A stretch of DNA of 20,782 nt from a virus. The translations under genes and the position numbers were made by a program. Positions within the stretch are counted from its first letter, which is position 1; each line of letters begins with the position of its first letter. The notes below the pieces were generated by a model. The model was not told the origin of the DNA. It did not search any database and was given only the letters and a program-made list of their open reading frames with translations. Shown piece after piece: positions 8,240 to 17,449 of this stretch. The stretch is from the UHGV virus genome UHGV-0324485. One strand, 5' to 3'.

Positions 8240-8608
8240 ATGGCGAAAGAAAAGCTGGTTACCATCCATGTTCACACCCCGTTTACGCTGACGCTCGGCG
8301 ATCAGTCAAAACAGGAGTTTGGCCGGGGACGACATAACGTACCGGAAGAAGTCGCGTCGCACTGGTTCACCCAGGCGCACTCTGAGCTTTCCGAAAGCGT
8401 GATTAGCGACACCGATGATCTGCAACCCATTATCGACGGCCTGCAAGCGCAGATTGCCGACAAAGATAAGCTGATTGCCGATCTGAAAGATGCATTGCTC
8501 AAACTGCAGGAGCAGAACGACAGCCTGCAGGCGCAAATTACTGCCGCCCGGGCTGGCGGTAATGGGGCTAAAGATGTCAAAGAATCAAAGTCTGCCAGCG
8601 GTAAGTGA
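8240..8608 (+). CDS. Hypothetical head-associated protein with C-terminal coiled coil
   Basis: ATG 8240 with RBS GAAGGAAAC. The upstream extension to 8009 in the ORF track overlaps the capsid gene and is rejected. Heptad-like [33 protein letters not shown]. Confidence 0.5.
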   Translation: MAKEKLVTIHVHTPFTLTLGDQSKQEFGRGRHNVPEEVASHWFTQAHSELSESVISDTDDLQPIIDGLQAQIADKDKLIADLKDALLKLQEQNDSLQAQITAARAGGNGAKDVKESKSASGK

Positions 8609-8981
8609 TTTTCGACGCGACTTCCCGCAGTTTGCTGACCCGGCAAAATATCCCGACGCCCAAATCGGGTTCCGTCTGAATCTGGCCGATGAACTGCTGA
8701 CCGAAAACGTCACCGGCAAAAAGTTGTTTCCGTACTTTGCCGGGTTGTTCGTTGCGCACTACATGACGCTCTGGGCGGCAGACCGCAGAGCGATGCTGGC
8801 TGGTGGTCCGGGCGGTTCAACCAATGGTGTTCAGTCCTCAAAGTCCGTTGACAAGGTAAGCGTCAGCTATGACACCAGCGCGACGCTGAATCCTGATGCA
8901 GGTTTCTGGAATAACACCCGATATGGCGCTGAATTTTATCAGTTGATCACGATGTTCGGTGCAGGCGGTCGCCAGCTATGA
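8574..8981 (+). CDS. Putative head-tail connector/adaptor protein (possibly DUF4054-like)
   Basis: ATG 8574, internal to the track ORF 8490-8981, overlapping the upstream gene end. Position in the head-tail joining block. Confidence 0.45.
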   Translation: MSKNQSLPAVSDFRRDFPQFADPAKYPDAQIGFRLNLADELLTENVTGKKLFPYFAGLFVAHYMTLWAADRRAMLAGGPGGSTNGVQSSKSVDKVSVSYDTSATLNPDAGFWNNTRYGAEFYQLITMFGAGGRQL

Positions 8982-9532
8982 GTTTCAAAAGCGGTGTAAC
9001 AACGAGGGTGGATAACGCTAAGGCCATTCTGGATGCGCTCAGGTCGTTAACCAAAAAAGATGTGCTGGTCGGCATCCCTTCGGAAGACAGCGGGCGGGAT
9101 GATGTTCCGTTTGGTAATGCGGGCATCGGTTACCTCAACGAATACGGCTCACCAGAGCAGAACATCCCGCCACGACCTCACCTGGTCCCCGGCGTTAAAT
9201 CGGCAGAAGAGCAGACGGTGCCGCAGCTCAAAGCCGCGGCGCAGGCTGCTCTTGATGGTAATGCTGCGGGAGCAGAAAGCGCACTCAACCGTGCCGGAAC
9301 GCTGGCCGCTAATGGCGTCAGGCGTTACATGACCATTACCGGCTTTACGCCGCTTGCTGACAGTACTGTTGAAGCCCGGGCTCGTCGGGGGCGCAAGGGG
9401 GCAACACTGGAACTTGCCCGGCGTGCTGCTGGCGAATCTCCGGGAACCGATCTGGCGAAACCATTAATTGACACCGGGCAATATCGCAGAGCCATTACCC
9501 ATGTTGTGAGGGATAAAGATGCCGACTCTTGA
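8978..9532 (+). CDS. Putative virion morphogenesis / head-tail joining protein
   Basis: 184-aa ORF with ATGA overlap with the upstream gene; positional inference. Confidence 0.45.
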   Translation: MSFKSGVTTRVDNAKAILDALRSLTKKDVLVGIPSEDSGRDDVPFGNAGIGYLNEYGSPEQNIPPRPHLVPGVKSAEEQTVPQLKAAAQAALDGNAAGAESALNRAGTLAANGVRRYMTITGFTPLADSTVEARARRGRKGATLELARRAAGESPGTDLAKPLIDTGQYRRAITHVVRDKDADS

Positions 9533-9908
9533 TGTAACAGATGTGCTTTTTGACCCCGATTTTTGCGACTTCAATTTGTGGGTAACACGCCGAGTGCAAA
9601 CGGTGGATGAGGACGGGATCGGCAGCGACAGTGAAGTTAAAAAGCAGTTTGCCGGAGTCGTAACTGTTGATCGCTCTCTGGAAAACCGCCGTATGCAGGC
9701 AGGGCAGGTAATCAGTGGTGCAATTCTGATTGTGACGACTGAGCGACTGACGCAGGGACAGACTGGCCGTGATGCCGATATCGTGACGTATCAGGGCCGT
9801 GATTATCGTGTGACCTTCGTCGACCCGTATACAGCTTATGGGGCCGGATTCGTTCAGGCGCATTGTGAGTTGCTGCCGTTTGATGGGGGAATTCCGGTTG
9901 AGCAATAA
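9519..9908 (+). CDS. Putative head closure / head-tail joining protein
   Basis: 129-aa ORF overlapping the upstream gene by 14 nt; positional inference. Confidence 0.45.
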   Translation: MPTLDVTDVLFDPDFCDFNLWVTRRVQTVDEDGIGSDSEVKKQFAGVVTVDRSLENRRMQAGQVISGAILIVTTERLTQGQTGRDADIVTYQGRDYRVTFVDPYTAYGAGFVQAHCELLPFDGGIPVEQ

Positions 9909-10446
9909 CACCAGCACAGAGCGCGGATGGCTGATACCAACCAGTGGCGATCCGGATTATGACGAAGCGCTCGACAGGCTGTTAAGCCAGTGGATGCGTA
10001 ACGTTTCCGGTCTGTCTGCCGGGATGGTTCGTCCGCGCTGGCAGAAAGAGCAGCCGCCACTGCTACCGGCTGAAACGAACTGGTGTGCGTTTGGGGTTAT
10101 CGGATGGTCAGGTGATGACAGTCCGGCATTCACCAGACAGACCGATGATGGCTCTCAGCTCTGGCGGCATGAAACGATTGAGTGTATGGCTTCGTTTTAT
10201 GGACCGGCGGGGATGGTGTATGCGTCCCGGTTTCGTGACGGTATATCTGTACCGCAGAACAATGCAGCACTGAATGCGCTGGGGCTGTCTCTTGGCGATT
10301 ACACAGGTCTGACTCCCTTCCCTGAACTTATTAATCAGCAATGGGTCCGCCGCTACGATATGACGGTGCGTCTGCGCCGGAAGATTGTGCGCGAGTACGG
10401 TATTAAATCGCTGGTGGAAGCACCAGTCATCTTTTTCGGAGATTAA
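9883..10446 (+). CDS. Putative neck or tail-terminator protein
   Basis: ORF in the track from 9838; ATG 9883 chosen as the first ATG consistent with the upstream stop at 9908. Immediately precedes the sheath gene. Confidence 0.4.
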   Translation: MGEFRLSNNTSTERGWLIPTSGDPDYDEALDRLLSQWMRNVSGLSAGMVRPRWQKEQPPLLPAETNWCAFGVIGWSGDDSPAFTRQTDDGSQLWRHETIECMASFYGPAGMVYASRFRDGISVPQNNAALNALGLSLGDYTGLTPFPELINQQWVRRYDMTVRLRRKIVREYGIKSLVEAPVIFFGD

Positions 10447-10449
10447 GCT

Positions 10450-11595
10450 ATGGCACAGGGCTTGCCTGTATCAAACGTTGTTAATGTTGATGTGATCATG
10501 TCGCCGCGTGCAGCATCAGGGCGAAATTTTGGTGCATTACTCATTCTCGGCCCGTCCACAATCATTCCGGTAAGTGAGCGCATTCGTCGTTATTCTGCCG
10601 CGGAAGATATTGGAAAAGATTTTGGCGTGGAATCACCAGAATATAAAGCTGCGCAGGTGTTTTTCTCACAATCACCGAAACCTCAGGAGGTTTTTGTTGG
10701 TCGTTGGGTGAAAACGAAAGGAGACAGCGAACAGGCCACGCCTGAGACGCTGGAGCAGGCTGTGAATGCCATGCTTGATTATACTTCATGGTATGGGCTG
10801 GGGATTGCAGACGATGCAGATATTCCGGATGCAGACTGGCTGAAAGTGGCTGCGGCGATCGAATCCTCTTCTGTAAGCCGTATTCTGGCGATTACGACAA
10901 GCGATGAGAAATGCCTGCAGACTGCATCCAGAGATGATTTGGCATCAAAACTGAAAAACGCCGGATATTCACGCAGTTTTATTCAGTATTCATCGGGTAA
11001 TAAATACGCTGCGTTATCTGCATTTGGCCGGGCATTCACGGTTAATTTCAATGGCAGTAATACCGCGATTACGCTCAAGTTTAAGCAGGAGCCGGGTGTC
11101 GGGTATGAAACACTGACAGTCAGCCAGGCATCGGCACTTGATGCAAAAAACTGCAATGTGTTCGTGTACTACCAGAATGATACGGCTATCCTCCAGCAGG
11201 GAGTGATGGCTAACGGCGATTTCTTTGATGAACGCCACGGCCTGGACTGGTTACAGAATTATGTGCAGACCAACCTCTATAACCTGCTTTATACCAGCAC
11301 CACGAAAGTACCCCAGACTGAAGCCGGTATTACCCGACTGTTATCAAGTGTTGAAAAATCACTGGATCAGGCCGTTCAGAATGGACTGATTGCTCCGGGC
11401 GTATGGAACGGTGGCGACCTGGGTCAGTTGTCATCAGGTGACACGCTGCCCAAAGGTTATTACGTATACGCCCAGCCGCTGGATGAACAGGCACAATCAG
11501 AACGTGAAGCCCGTAAGGCTCCGGTGATTCAGGCTGCAATAAAACTTGCAGGCGCGGTTCATTACGCTGACGTACAGATTAACGTTGTTCGCTAA
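10450..11595 (+). CDS. Tail sheath protein (DUF3383-type)
   Basis: 381 aa, RBS GGAGA 8 nt upstream. Followed by a tube-like gene, chaperone and tape measure, the canonical contractile-tail order; family assignment from memory. Confidence 0.6.
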   Translation: MAQGLPVSNVVNVDVIMSPRAASGRNFGALLILGPSTIIPVSERIRRYSAAEDIGKDFGVESPEYKAAQVFFSQSPKPQEVFVGRWVKTKGDSEQATPETLEQAVNAMLDYTSWYGLGIADDADIPDADWLKVAAAIESSSVSRILAITTSDEKCLQTASRDDLASKLKNAGYSRSFIQYSSGNKYAALSAFGRAFTVNFNGSNTAITLKFKQEPGVGYETLTVSQASALDAKNCNVFVYYQNDTAILQQGVMANGDFFDERHGLDWLQNYVQTNLYNLLYTSTTKVPQTEAGITRLLSSVEKSLDQAVQNGLIAPGVWNGGDLGQLSSGDTLPKGYYVYAQPLDEQAQSEREARKAPVIQAAIKLAGAVHYADVQINVVR

Positions 11596-11605
11596 GGGGA
11601 AGTGA

Positions 11606-12046
11606 ATGTCTACCTATTCTTTTATGGATGTCACTGCGACGCTGACCGGGCCGACCGGTTCGATTGACCTCGGGTACGGTTCGGCAAGTTCTGAAGAGGG
11701 GATTGTGGTTGCGATGGGCGGTCCTAAAAACACCATGACCATCGGTGCTGATGGCGAAGTGATGCACAGTCTCCATGCAGATAAAAGCGGGACGATTACC
11801 GTTAACCTTCTGAAGACATCACCGACAAATAAAAAATTGTCGCTGGCGTATAACGCCCAGAGCCAGTCTTCTGCCACATGGGGGAATAACGTTATCGTGA
11901 TCCGCAACAAGGTCAGCGGCGACATCATCACGGCACGCAGTGTTGCGTTCCAGAAACAACCGGATAACGCCAACGCTAAAACCGGTAATACGATGCCGTG
12001 GGTGTTTGACTGCGGCAAGATTGACCAGGTTCTCGGGGAGTTTTAA
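11606..12046 (+). CDS. Tail tube protein (DUF3277-type)
   Basis: 146 aa, RBS AAGGGGA, directly after the sheath gene. Confidence 0.6.
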   Translation: MSTYSFMDVTATLTGPTGSIDLGYGSASSEEGIVVAMGGPKNTMTIGADGEVMHSLHADKSGTITVNLLKTSPTNKKLSLAYNAQSQSSATWGNNVIVIRNKVSGDIITARSVAFQKQPDNANAKTGNTMPWVFDCGKIDQVLGEF

Positions 12047-12049
12047 TAC

Positions 12050-12502
12050 ATGGAATTCGAAATCAAAGGCGTGAAATATCGCGTGGCAAAACTCAGCGTT
12101 TTTGACCAGCTGAAAGTGACCCGCAAACTTCTGCCGGTGCTGGCAGGAATGATGTCAGATTTCGGGAGCATTCGCTCCCGTTTGCCTGCTGACGGCAAAA
12201 TCGACACCGTGAAATTCGAGCAGTTAAAACCGGTGTTTGAAACCATGCTCCCGCGTATCGCTGAGGAACTGTCTTCCCTGACTGAAGAAGATACCAACGC
12301 GATTATTCATCCTTGCCTGGCCGTAGTATCACGTAAGCACATGGACGGATGGACGCCGGTATTCAACAGCGGTCAACTGATGTTCGATGATATCGACCTG
12401 CTAACCATGCTGCAGCTGGTGGCGCGGGTGGTCGCCGATTCACTGGGAAATTTTTTGCCTACACCCCTTACCAGCACGACACAGAGCCTGCAACAGGGCT
12501 GA
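12050..12502 (+). CDS. Tail assembly chaperone (G-like)
   Basis: 150-aa ORF between tube and tape measure; contains a slippery heptamer near its 3' end. Confidence 0.6.
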   Translation: MEFEIKGVKYRVAKLSVFDQLKVTRKLLPVLAGMMSDFGSIRSRLPADGKIDTVKFEQLKPVFETMLPRIAEELSSLTEEDTNAIIHPCLAVVSRKHMDGWTPVFNSGQLMFDDIDLLTMLQLVARVVADSLGNFLPTPLTSTTQSLQQG

Positions 12503-12690
12503 CGTTTAACAGCCTGCCGGACGGGCTGTCCTACCTTCTCAATCCGGTTGACGCCGGGTTAATTCCTTATACAGCACTGAAAGATGGCTCTGTCGATTTG
12601 TACGACATTGCTCTCTTGAATGACCATCTGGCGGTAAAAGCGGATAACCAGCGGCGCATTGAGAAATGGAGAGAGGATAATGAACGCTGA
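12050..12690 (+). CDS. Predicted frameshifted chaperone fusion (G-T-like): chaperone residues 1-135 plus a ~78-aa -1-frame extension
   Basis: Extension translates without stops (FAYTPYQHDTEPATGLTFNSLPDGLSYLLNPVDAGLIPYTALKDGSVDLYDIALLNDHLAVKADNQRRIEKWREDNER) and ends 10 nt into the tape measure gene. Confidence 0.45.
12448..12454 (+). promoter_or_regulatory. Candidate -1 programmed ribosomal frameshift site A_AAT_TTT
   Basis: Heptamer fits X_XXY_YYZ in the chaperone frame (codons GGA AAT TTT). The -1 frame is open from here to TGA at 12688-12690. Confidence 0.5.
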
Positions 12691-14686
12691 AACTATTAAA
12701 GATTTCCTCGTCTCGCTTGGCTTCAGTGTGGATGATGCAGGAGCGAAAAAGTTCGGTTCTGTCCTCGCCGGTACAACTGCAAATGTCATCAAAATGGGGC
12801 TGGCCGTTGAAGGAGCCGCGCTGTCCGTGGTGGCCTTCACGGCTAAGATCGCCTCCGGCCTGGATAATCTTTACTGGGCGTCACAGCGCACCGGCGCGAC
12901 AGTCCAGGGAATTCAGTCTATTGGCTATGCGGTTTCGCAGGTTGGCGGCAGCGTGGACGCTGCGCGATCTTCTCTGGAAAGCCTCTCCCGGTTTATTCGT
13001 AACAATCCCGGTGCAGAAGGCTTTCTGAATCGCCTGGGCGTACAGACCCGTGATGCCAGCGGTAACATGCGTGACATGGCCGCTATTTTTACGGGCGTTG
13101 GACAGAAACTCAGCAGCATGCCGTATTACCGGGCTAACCAGTATGCGCAGATGCTGGGCATTGACGAAAATACCCTGATGGCTATGCGTCGCGGAGTGGG
13201 GCAGTTCAGCGCTCAGTATTCAGAAATGGTGAAAGCGATCGGATTTAATGCCGATCAGGCTGCCTTATCGTCAAACCGGTTTATGACCTCGCTGAAATCG
13301 CTCGGTGAAATGGCCGGGATGGCGCGGGACAAAATCGGATCGAATCTTGCGGACGGACTGGCGGGGCAGATTGATAACCTGCGCAAAAAGATAATTGAAA
13401 ATTTTCCCAAAATTGAAGTCACCATCACAAAGGTCATAAAGGGGATCCTCTGGCTGGGTGAGATAGTCGGGCGGGTAGCATTTCGGATAGTCGATGGTGT
13501 CGGAGATATCATCGAGTGGTGGGGGAAACTGGATGCCGAAACGAAAACCCTGATAGAGGTTATCGGCGGTCTGGTTGTCGCCATGCGGATACTTAACTCT
13601 ACTTTCTGGATGTCACCTATAGGGCTGATTACCGGTCTGATCGTGGCTCTCGGTCTCTTGTGGGAAGACTACAAAACATGGAAAGAAGGCGGTAACAGCC
13701 TTATCGACTGGGAAAAATGGCAACCGGCAATAGATAAAGCGAAGGATGCGATCACCTGGTTCCGCGACAAATTACTCGAGCTGAAAGACAGCGTGGGGGG
13801 ATGGCAAAAATCATTGGAAATCCTCGGTACATTCATCGCGGGTGTCTGGATATCCAAGGTTCTGGGGGCTTTCGGAAAAATATCAGGTTTGCCGATCCCA
13901 CCCTGGCTTAAATTGTGGGCGCTTTACGCGGGTTATATTGTTAGTGACAGAGAAAATATTGCCGATAGCGCAAAATCTTCACTGAGGTATACGAAGCGAA
14001 TTATCGGCGACACGCTGGCTGCTATTGGTATAAAAACAGATATCGGACGCAGGGATGTCAGTGAGGTCCGTGAATGGCCTGCGTGGATGGACTGGTTGCA
14101 CGGGGGACCCGGTAAAGTTATCCGGCAGGGACAGAGTAACGGTGTAGTGCATGGCTCCAACGTCCAGCCCGACATCCCCGGCGGCGGCACTCTTGCTGAT
14201 CGTAACAATAACCCCGGGAACATTCGCCCGGTGAGCGGTAAAGGGTTCCGGTTTTTCGAATCAGCGCTTGAGGGCTGGGAGGCGATGAAAAACCAGCTCA
14301 TGCGTTACTTTACCGGGAAAACAACCGGACGGGCATTACAGACTATTCAGGATATTGTCAGTACCTGGGCCCCGGCAGGTGATAACAACGATCCGAAAAA
14401 GTATGCACAGGATGTTGCGAAATGGATGGGAGTATCACCGAATGCAATATTGAATCTTACAGATCCCCAGACTATGGGAGCATTGATGCAGTCGATGGCG
14501 CGCAAAGAAGGTTATTCAAACTGGAACAGCCCGCTGGCGTATCAGGCCGCCGCTGGCAGCCTTAACCAGCAGACTGTTATAAATGTTCATGGAGTTAACA
14601 ACCCTCAGGAGGCGGCTAATCTGATCGCTGACAAGCAGGGGGCTGTAAATGCCAGGGCGGTACAGCAATTGAAAGGACCTGCGTAA
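12680..14686 (+). CDS. Tail tape measure protein
   Basis: 668 aa with strong RBS GGAGAGAGGA before ATG 12680 (the track's 12659 start is TTG). Several hydrophobic segments mid-protein; position after the chaperone pair. Confidence 0.75.
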   Translation: MNAETIKDFLVSLGFSVDDAGAKKFGSVLAGTTANVIKMGLAVEGAALSVVAFTAKIASGLDNLYWASQRTGATVQGIQSIGYAVSQVGGSVDAARSSLESLSRFIRNNPGAEGFLNRLGVQTRDASGNMRDMAAIFTGVGQKLSSMPYYRANQYAQMLGIDENTLMAMRRGVGQFSAQYSEMVKAIGFNADQAALSSNRFMTSLKSLGEMAGMARDKIGSNLADGLAGQIDNLRKKIIENFPKIEVTITKVIKGILWLGEIVGRVAFRIVDGVGDIIEWWGKLDAETKTLIEVIGGLVVAMRILNSTFWMSPIGLITGLIVALGLLWEDYKTWKEGGNSLIDWEKWQPAIDKAKDAITWFRDKLLELKDSVGGWQKSLEILGTFIAGVWISKVLGAFGKISGLPIPPWLKLWALYAGYIVSDRENIADSAKSSLRYTKRIIGDTLAAIGIKTDIGRRDVSEVREWPAWMDWLHGGPGKVIRQGQSNGVVHGSNVQPDIPGGGTLADRNNNPGNIRPVSGKGFRFFESALEGWEAMKNQLMRYFTGKTTGRALQTIQDIVSTWAPAGDNNDPKKYAQDVAKWMGVSPNAILNLTDPQTMGALMQSMARKEGYSNWNSPLAYQAAAGSLNQQTVINVHGVNNPQEAANLIADKQGAVNARAVQQLKGPA

Positions 14687-15336
14687 TGGACTTTTTATCT
14701 GTTTTACTGCAGCAGCGAACCCGCTCAATAGGAATCATTATTCCTGATGTGGTTATTACCGAAAAGCACACTGACGCCCTGGAAATTACGGAACATCCGG
14801 TTGAACAGCCCACGAATGCTGGTGCCAGTGGTGAGGACGCTGGTTACATATCAGAACACGCATTCAGGCGCCCTTCTGAGGTTGTGATGGAAACCGGTTT
14901 TTCCGGAGGCGGATCGCTGCTTGATTTTGCCAGTAACCTGACGGCTACCAGTTTACTGGGGCTGAGCCCGAAAGAACTGTATCAGGAACTGCTTAACCTG
15001 CAGCGGAATCGTATTCCTTTCGATGTGACAACCGGCAAGCGTATTTACAACAATATGTTGATAAAAACGCTGGAGGTCACGACCGATAAGAGTAGTGAAA
15101 ATGTGCTTCTGGCGACACTTACCCTCAGGGAAGTAATTATTACCTCCACGCAGTCAGTCAGGGCAGCCCCGAAAAACAATATGACCGAGGGAGTCGGAAC
15201 GTCTGCTGTGCAGAATACAGGCACCAAAACAACGGTGCCGCCGAATAATTCCATTCTGAAATCGCTGCCACAGATGGCGCAAGAAGGTATCTCCACTGTT
15301 GATGGGTATTTGAGCAATTTATTTCTGGGAAGGTGA
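14686..15336 (+). CDS. Tail/baseplate protein, hypothetical
   Basis: 216-aa ORF with TAATG overlap with the tape measure stop. Confidence 0.4.
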   Translation: MDFLSVLLQQRTRSIGIIIPDVVITEKHTDALEITEHPVEQPTNAGASGEDAGYISEHAFRRPSEVVMETGFSGGGSLLDFASNLTATSLLGLSPKELYQELLNLQRNRIPFDVTTGKRIYNNMLIKTLEVTTDKSSENVLLATLTLREVIITSTQSVRAAPKNNMTEGVGTSAVQNTGTKTTVPPNNSILKSLPQMAQEGISTVDGYLSNLFLGR

Positions 15337-15339
15337 TTC

Positions 15340-15642
15340 ATGAAAGCCGTAGAAATCCCACTGGTTGCTGACAATCAGACTTTTGCCACCACAATTAACG
15401 GTTCGGTTTATCACCTGTCTGTCATCTGGCGAGGCGAGTACTGGGTTCTGGATCTTGCTGACAGCAATGGCTCCGCCATTATATCAGGTATACCGATGAT
15501 TACGGGGGCTGACCTGCTGGCACAGTATCGATATATGGATCTGGGTTTTTCTCTGGTGGTGCTCTGCGACGTGGCAGGGCAGGAGAATCCGACGCAATTC
15601 GATCTTGGAACGCTCTCACACCTCTATGTTTTCACGGAGTAA
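15340..15642 (+). CDS. Tail/baseplate protein, hypothetical
   Basis: 100-aa ORF with RBS GGAAGG. Confidence 0.4.
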   Translation: MKAVEIPLVADNQTFATTINGSVYHLSVIWRGEYWVLDLADSNGSAIISGIPMITGADLLAQYRYMDLGFSLVVLCDVAGQENPTQFDLGTLSHLYVFTE

Positions 15643-15644
15643 CA

Positions 15645-16679
15645 ATGTCGAAAAACTGGATGCGTCACTTTGAATTATTGCTTGTTGATGATAAGGGCGA
15701 CGGGATAAAAATTTCTGAGCTTAAAGTCACTTTCAATATTCAGAAAATGCCTGCGACCATATTTAATGGATTCGTTGGAAATTTTAAGGTTTATAACCTG
15801 TCTCCTACCACTCAGAACCGGATTATGCAGAAGGAGTTTTCGCGTATACAGGTTATTGCCGGATACAAGGGGCAACCGGATGCAGCAGGTAATTATCCTG
15901 ATGAAAACGTTGGTATGATATTCAATGGAGATATCCGTTTTACTGTCACTGGTAAAGATAATGCCACAGACAGTTGGATCATGTTGCAGTGTATTGACAG
16001 CTGGGAAGGCCACCTGAACGCAAGTGTGAAAACCACAGTGGCAGCTGGCTGGAAGTACAGAGATCTTTTCAGTCTGGGTATGAAATCATTCGAACCATAT
16101 GGCATCGAATCCGGCGCAGTTTCTGACATGCCTGAAACGGTATTTCCCCGGGGTCGCGTTGTTTATCAAAACACATCAAGGTTGATGAATCATATCGCAG
16201 GGCAGTGTAAGGCTAACTGGTGGTATGAAAATAATCTGGTAAATATTGTTCCTGAAGATAAATATATTGGTGTTGCTACGGTGTTGAATGCTAACACCGG
16301 GCTTATCGGTATGCCACAGCAGACGATGGGAGCTGGCGTAAATGTCAGATGTCTGATTAATCCAAATATTAAGCTCGGTGGGCTTATTCGTCTGGATCAG
16401 GCATCTGTATACCGTGCCTCTTTGAGTAATGACCAGGTAGCGAAATCGCCAGCACGACTGGATGAGTCTGAAAGCGACGGTAATCTCTACGTTAACGGTC
16501 TGCCAGGCATGTCACAGCCTGCCAGCATTAATACTGACGGTGATTACATTGTGGGCAGCATTGATTATACTGGCGACACCCGAGGGCAGGCGTGGTATAT
16601 GGACCTGCTTTGCCTGGCTAAAGGTGGCAAAGAACTATTGGCAAAAGGCACTTTGGACAAAGTCGGAGATGTAGAGTGA
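15645..16679 (+). CDS. Putative baseplate hub / late-control-D-like tail protein
   Basis: 344-aa ORF with RBS GGAG, upstream of the spike gene; family assignment is weak. A sampled 60-nt stretch is about 40% GC. Confidence 0.35.
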   Translation: MSKNWMRHFELLLVDDKGDGIKISELKVTFNIQKMPATIFNGFVGNFKVYNLSPTTQNRIMQKEFSRIQVIAGYKGQPDAAGNYPDENVGMIFNGDIRFTVTGKDNATDSWIMLQCIDSWEGHLNASVKTTVAAGWKYRDLFSLGMKSFEPYGIESGAVSDMPETVFPRGRVVYQNTSRLMNHIAGQCKANWWYENNLVNIVPEDKYIGVATVLNANTGLIGMPQQTMGAGVNVRCLINPNIKLGGLIRLDQASVYRASLSNDQVAKSPARLDESESDGNLYVNGLPGMSQPASINTDGDYIVGSIDYTGDTRGQAWYMDLLCLAKGGKELLAKGTLDKVGDVE

Positions 16680-17011
16680 AAAAAGTATTTTTTTGTTTAT
16701 TCTTGGCCCTGCCGTTAACAGTTTCGGCGGCAACGCAGTGCGGACCATTCCGCTTTGATGCTGGTAATGATGGCCTCATGCACATCAATGGTCAAAAGCC
16801 AGAAACACAAAAAATGACCTTTTTGAAACAAAAAGACGATTTCGATAATGTCATGATGCAATGGATGTTACCTGATCCTAATACTGGACGTTGGTTAGGT
16901 ATGGACTACATCAAACGAAACAAAAAAGCGATCCTCAACGTTGAAGTTATCCGCAAAAATATGGACGAGCCTCGGGAGTTCTGGACGTATGATTGCCGGA
17001 AGGTGAAGTGA
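16676..17011 (+). CDS. Small secreted protein (111 aa) with cleavable signal peptide; accessory (moron) gene
   Basis: GTG start overlapping the upstream TGA (GTGA) with GGAG 7 nt upstream. N-terminus MKKVFFCLFLALPLTVSA|ATQ and two Cys in the mature part (C22, C107); AT-rich. Confidence 0.5.
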   Translation: MKKVFFCLFLALPLTVSAATQCGPFRFDAGNDGLMHINGQKPETQKMTFLKQKDDFDNVMMQWMLPDPNTGRWLGMDYIKRNKKAILNVEVIRKNMDEPREFWTYDCRKVK

Positions 17012-17085
17012 ATTACATTGGCGTCCAGCTTCTGCAGAACAGCATGGATGCACCGAAAATCATCGGTTCCTTTCCATGCAAAAAG

Positions 17086-17113
17086 ATTGTTGATTAATCA
17101 CTCGTAATTATAA
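17086..17113 (+). promoter_or_regulatory. Candidate sigma70 promoter (-35 TTGTTG/TTGATT, -10 TATAAT at 17108-17113)
   Basis: TATAAT hexamer lies about 38 nt upstream of ATG 17151, with TTG-containing -35 candidates 13-16 nt upstream of it. Spacing is not ideal. Confidence 0.35.
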
Positions 17114-17150
17114 TGTGATACTTCTACTTTCACGATAAGGAATTTGTCAC

Positions 17151-17390
17151 ATGTTCGGATTTGATAAATTAATAACTCCAAAAATCATCAACGTTCTGTA
17201 TGGCATCACAATGTTACTTCTGGTTGTTGCCGCCATTATAACGTTTGTTAATGGGAAGGCTGCTGGCGCTTTAGTGCTTTTGTTATGTGCTGTATTTTGC
17301 CGAATATTCTTTGAGTGCATCATGGTTTCATTTAAAAACAATGAGTATCTTCGCCGAATAGCTGAAGCGTTAGAAGCAAACAAGCAGTAA
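17151..17390 (+). CDS. Small membrane protein (79 aa, two predicted TM helices, C-terminal amphipathic tail); accessory (moron) gene
   Basis: RBS AAGGA about 10 nt upstream. Hydrophobic stretches ITMLLLVVAAIITFV and ALVLLLCAVFCRIFFECIMV; a sampled 60-nt stretch is about 32% GC. Confidence 0.55.
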   Translation: MFGFDKLITPKIINVLYGITMLLLVVAAIITFVNGKAAGALVLLLCAVFCRIFFECIMVSFKNNEYLRRIAEALEANKQ

Positions 17391-17408
17391 TGAAACTTCA
17401 ATAATGAA

Positions 17409-17430
17409 CCCGCCACCCGGCGGGTTTTTT
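17409..17430 (+). terminator. Rho-independent terminator (CCCGCC-ACCC-GGCGGG followed by TTTTTT)
   Basis: 6-bp GC stem, 4-nt loop and a 6-T run 19 nt after the stop of the small membrane protein gene. Confidence 0.7.
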
Positions 17431-17449
17431 ACTTTCTGGAGACATATGA

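Noticed and set aside
8400-8560. Apparent nucleotide repeats (ctgcaggcgcag / ctgattgccgat-like)
   Set aside because: They reflect heptad coiled-coil coding periodicity in the 8240-8608 gene, not a non-coding repeat element.
12559-12840. 93-aa minus-strand ORF across the chaperone-tape measure junction
   Set aside because: Antisense to the frameshift extension and the tape measure start; no support.
17147-17416. 89-aa minus-strand ORF antisense to the small membrane protein gene
   Set aside because: The + strand ORF has an RBS, promoter, terminator and clear TM helices. The minus ORF would run into the terminator from the wrong side and has no features.
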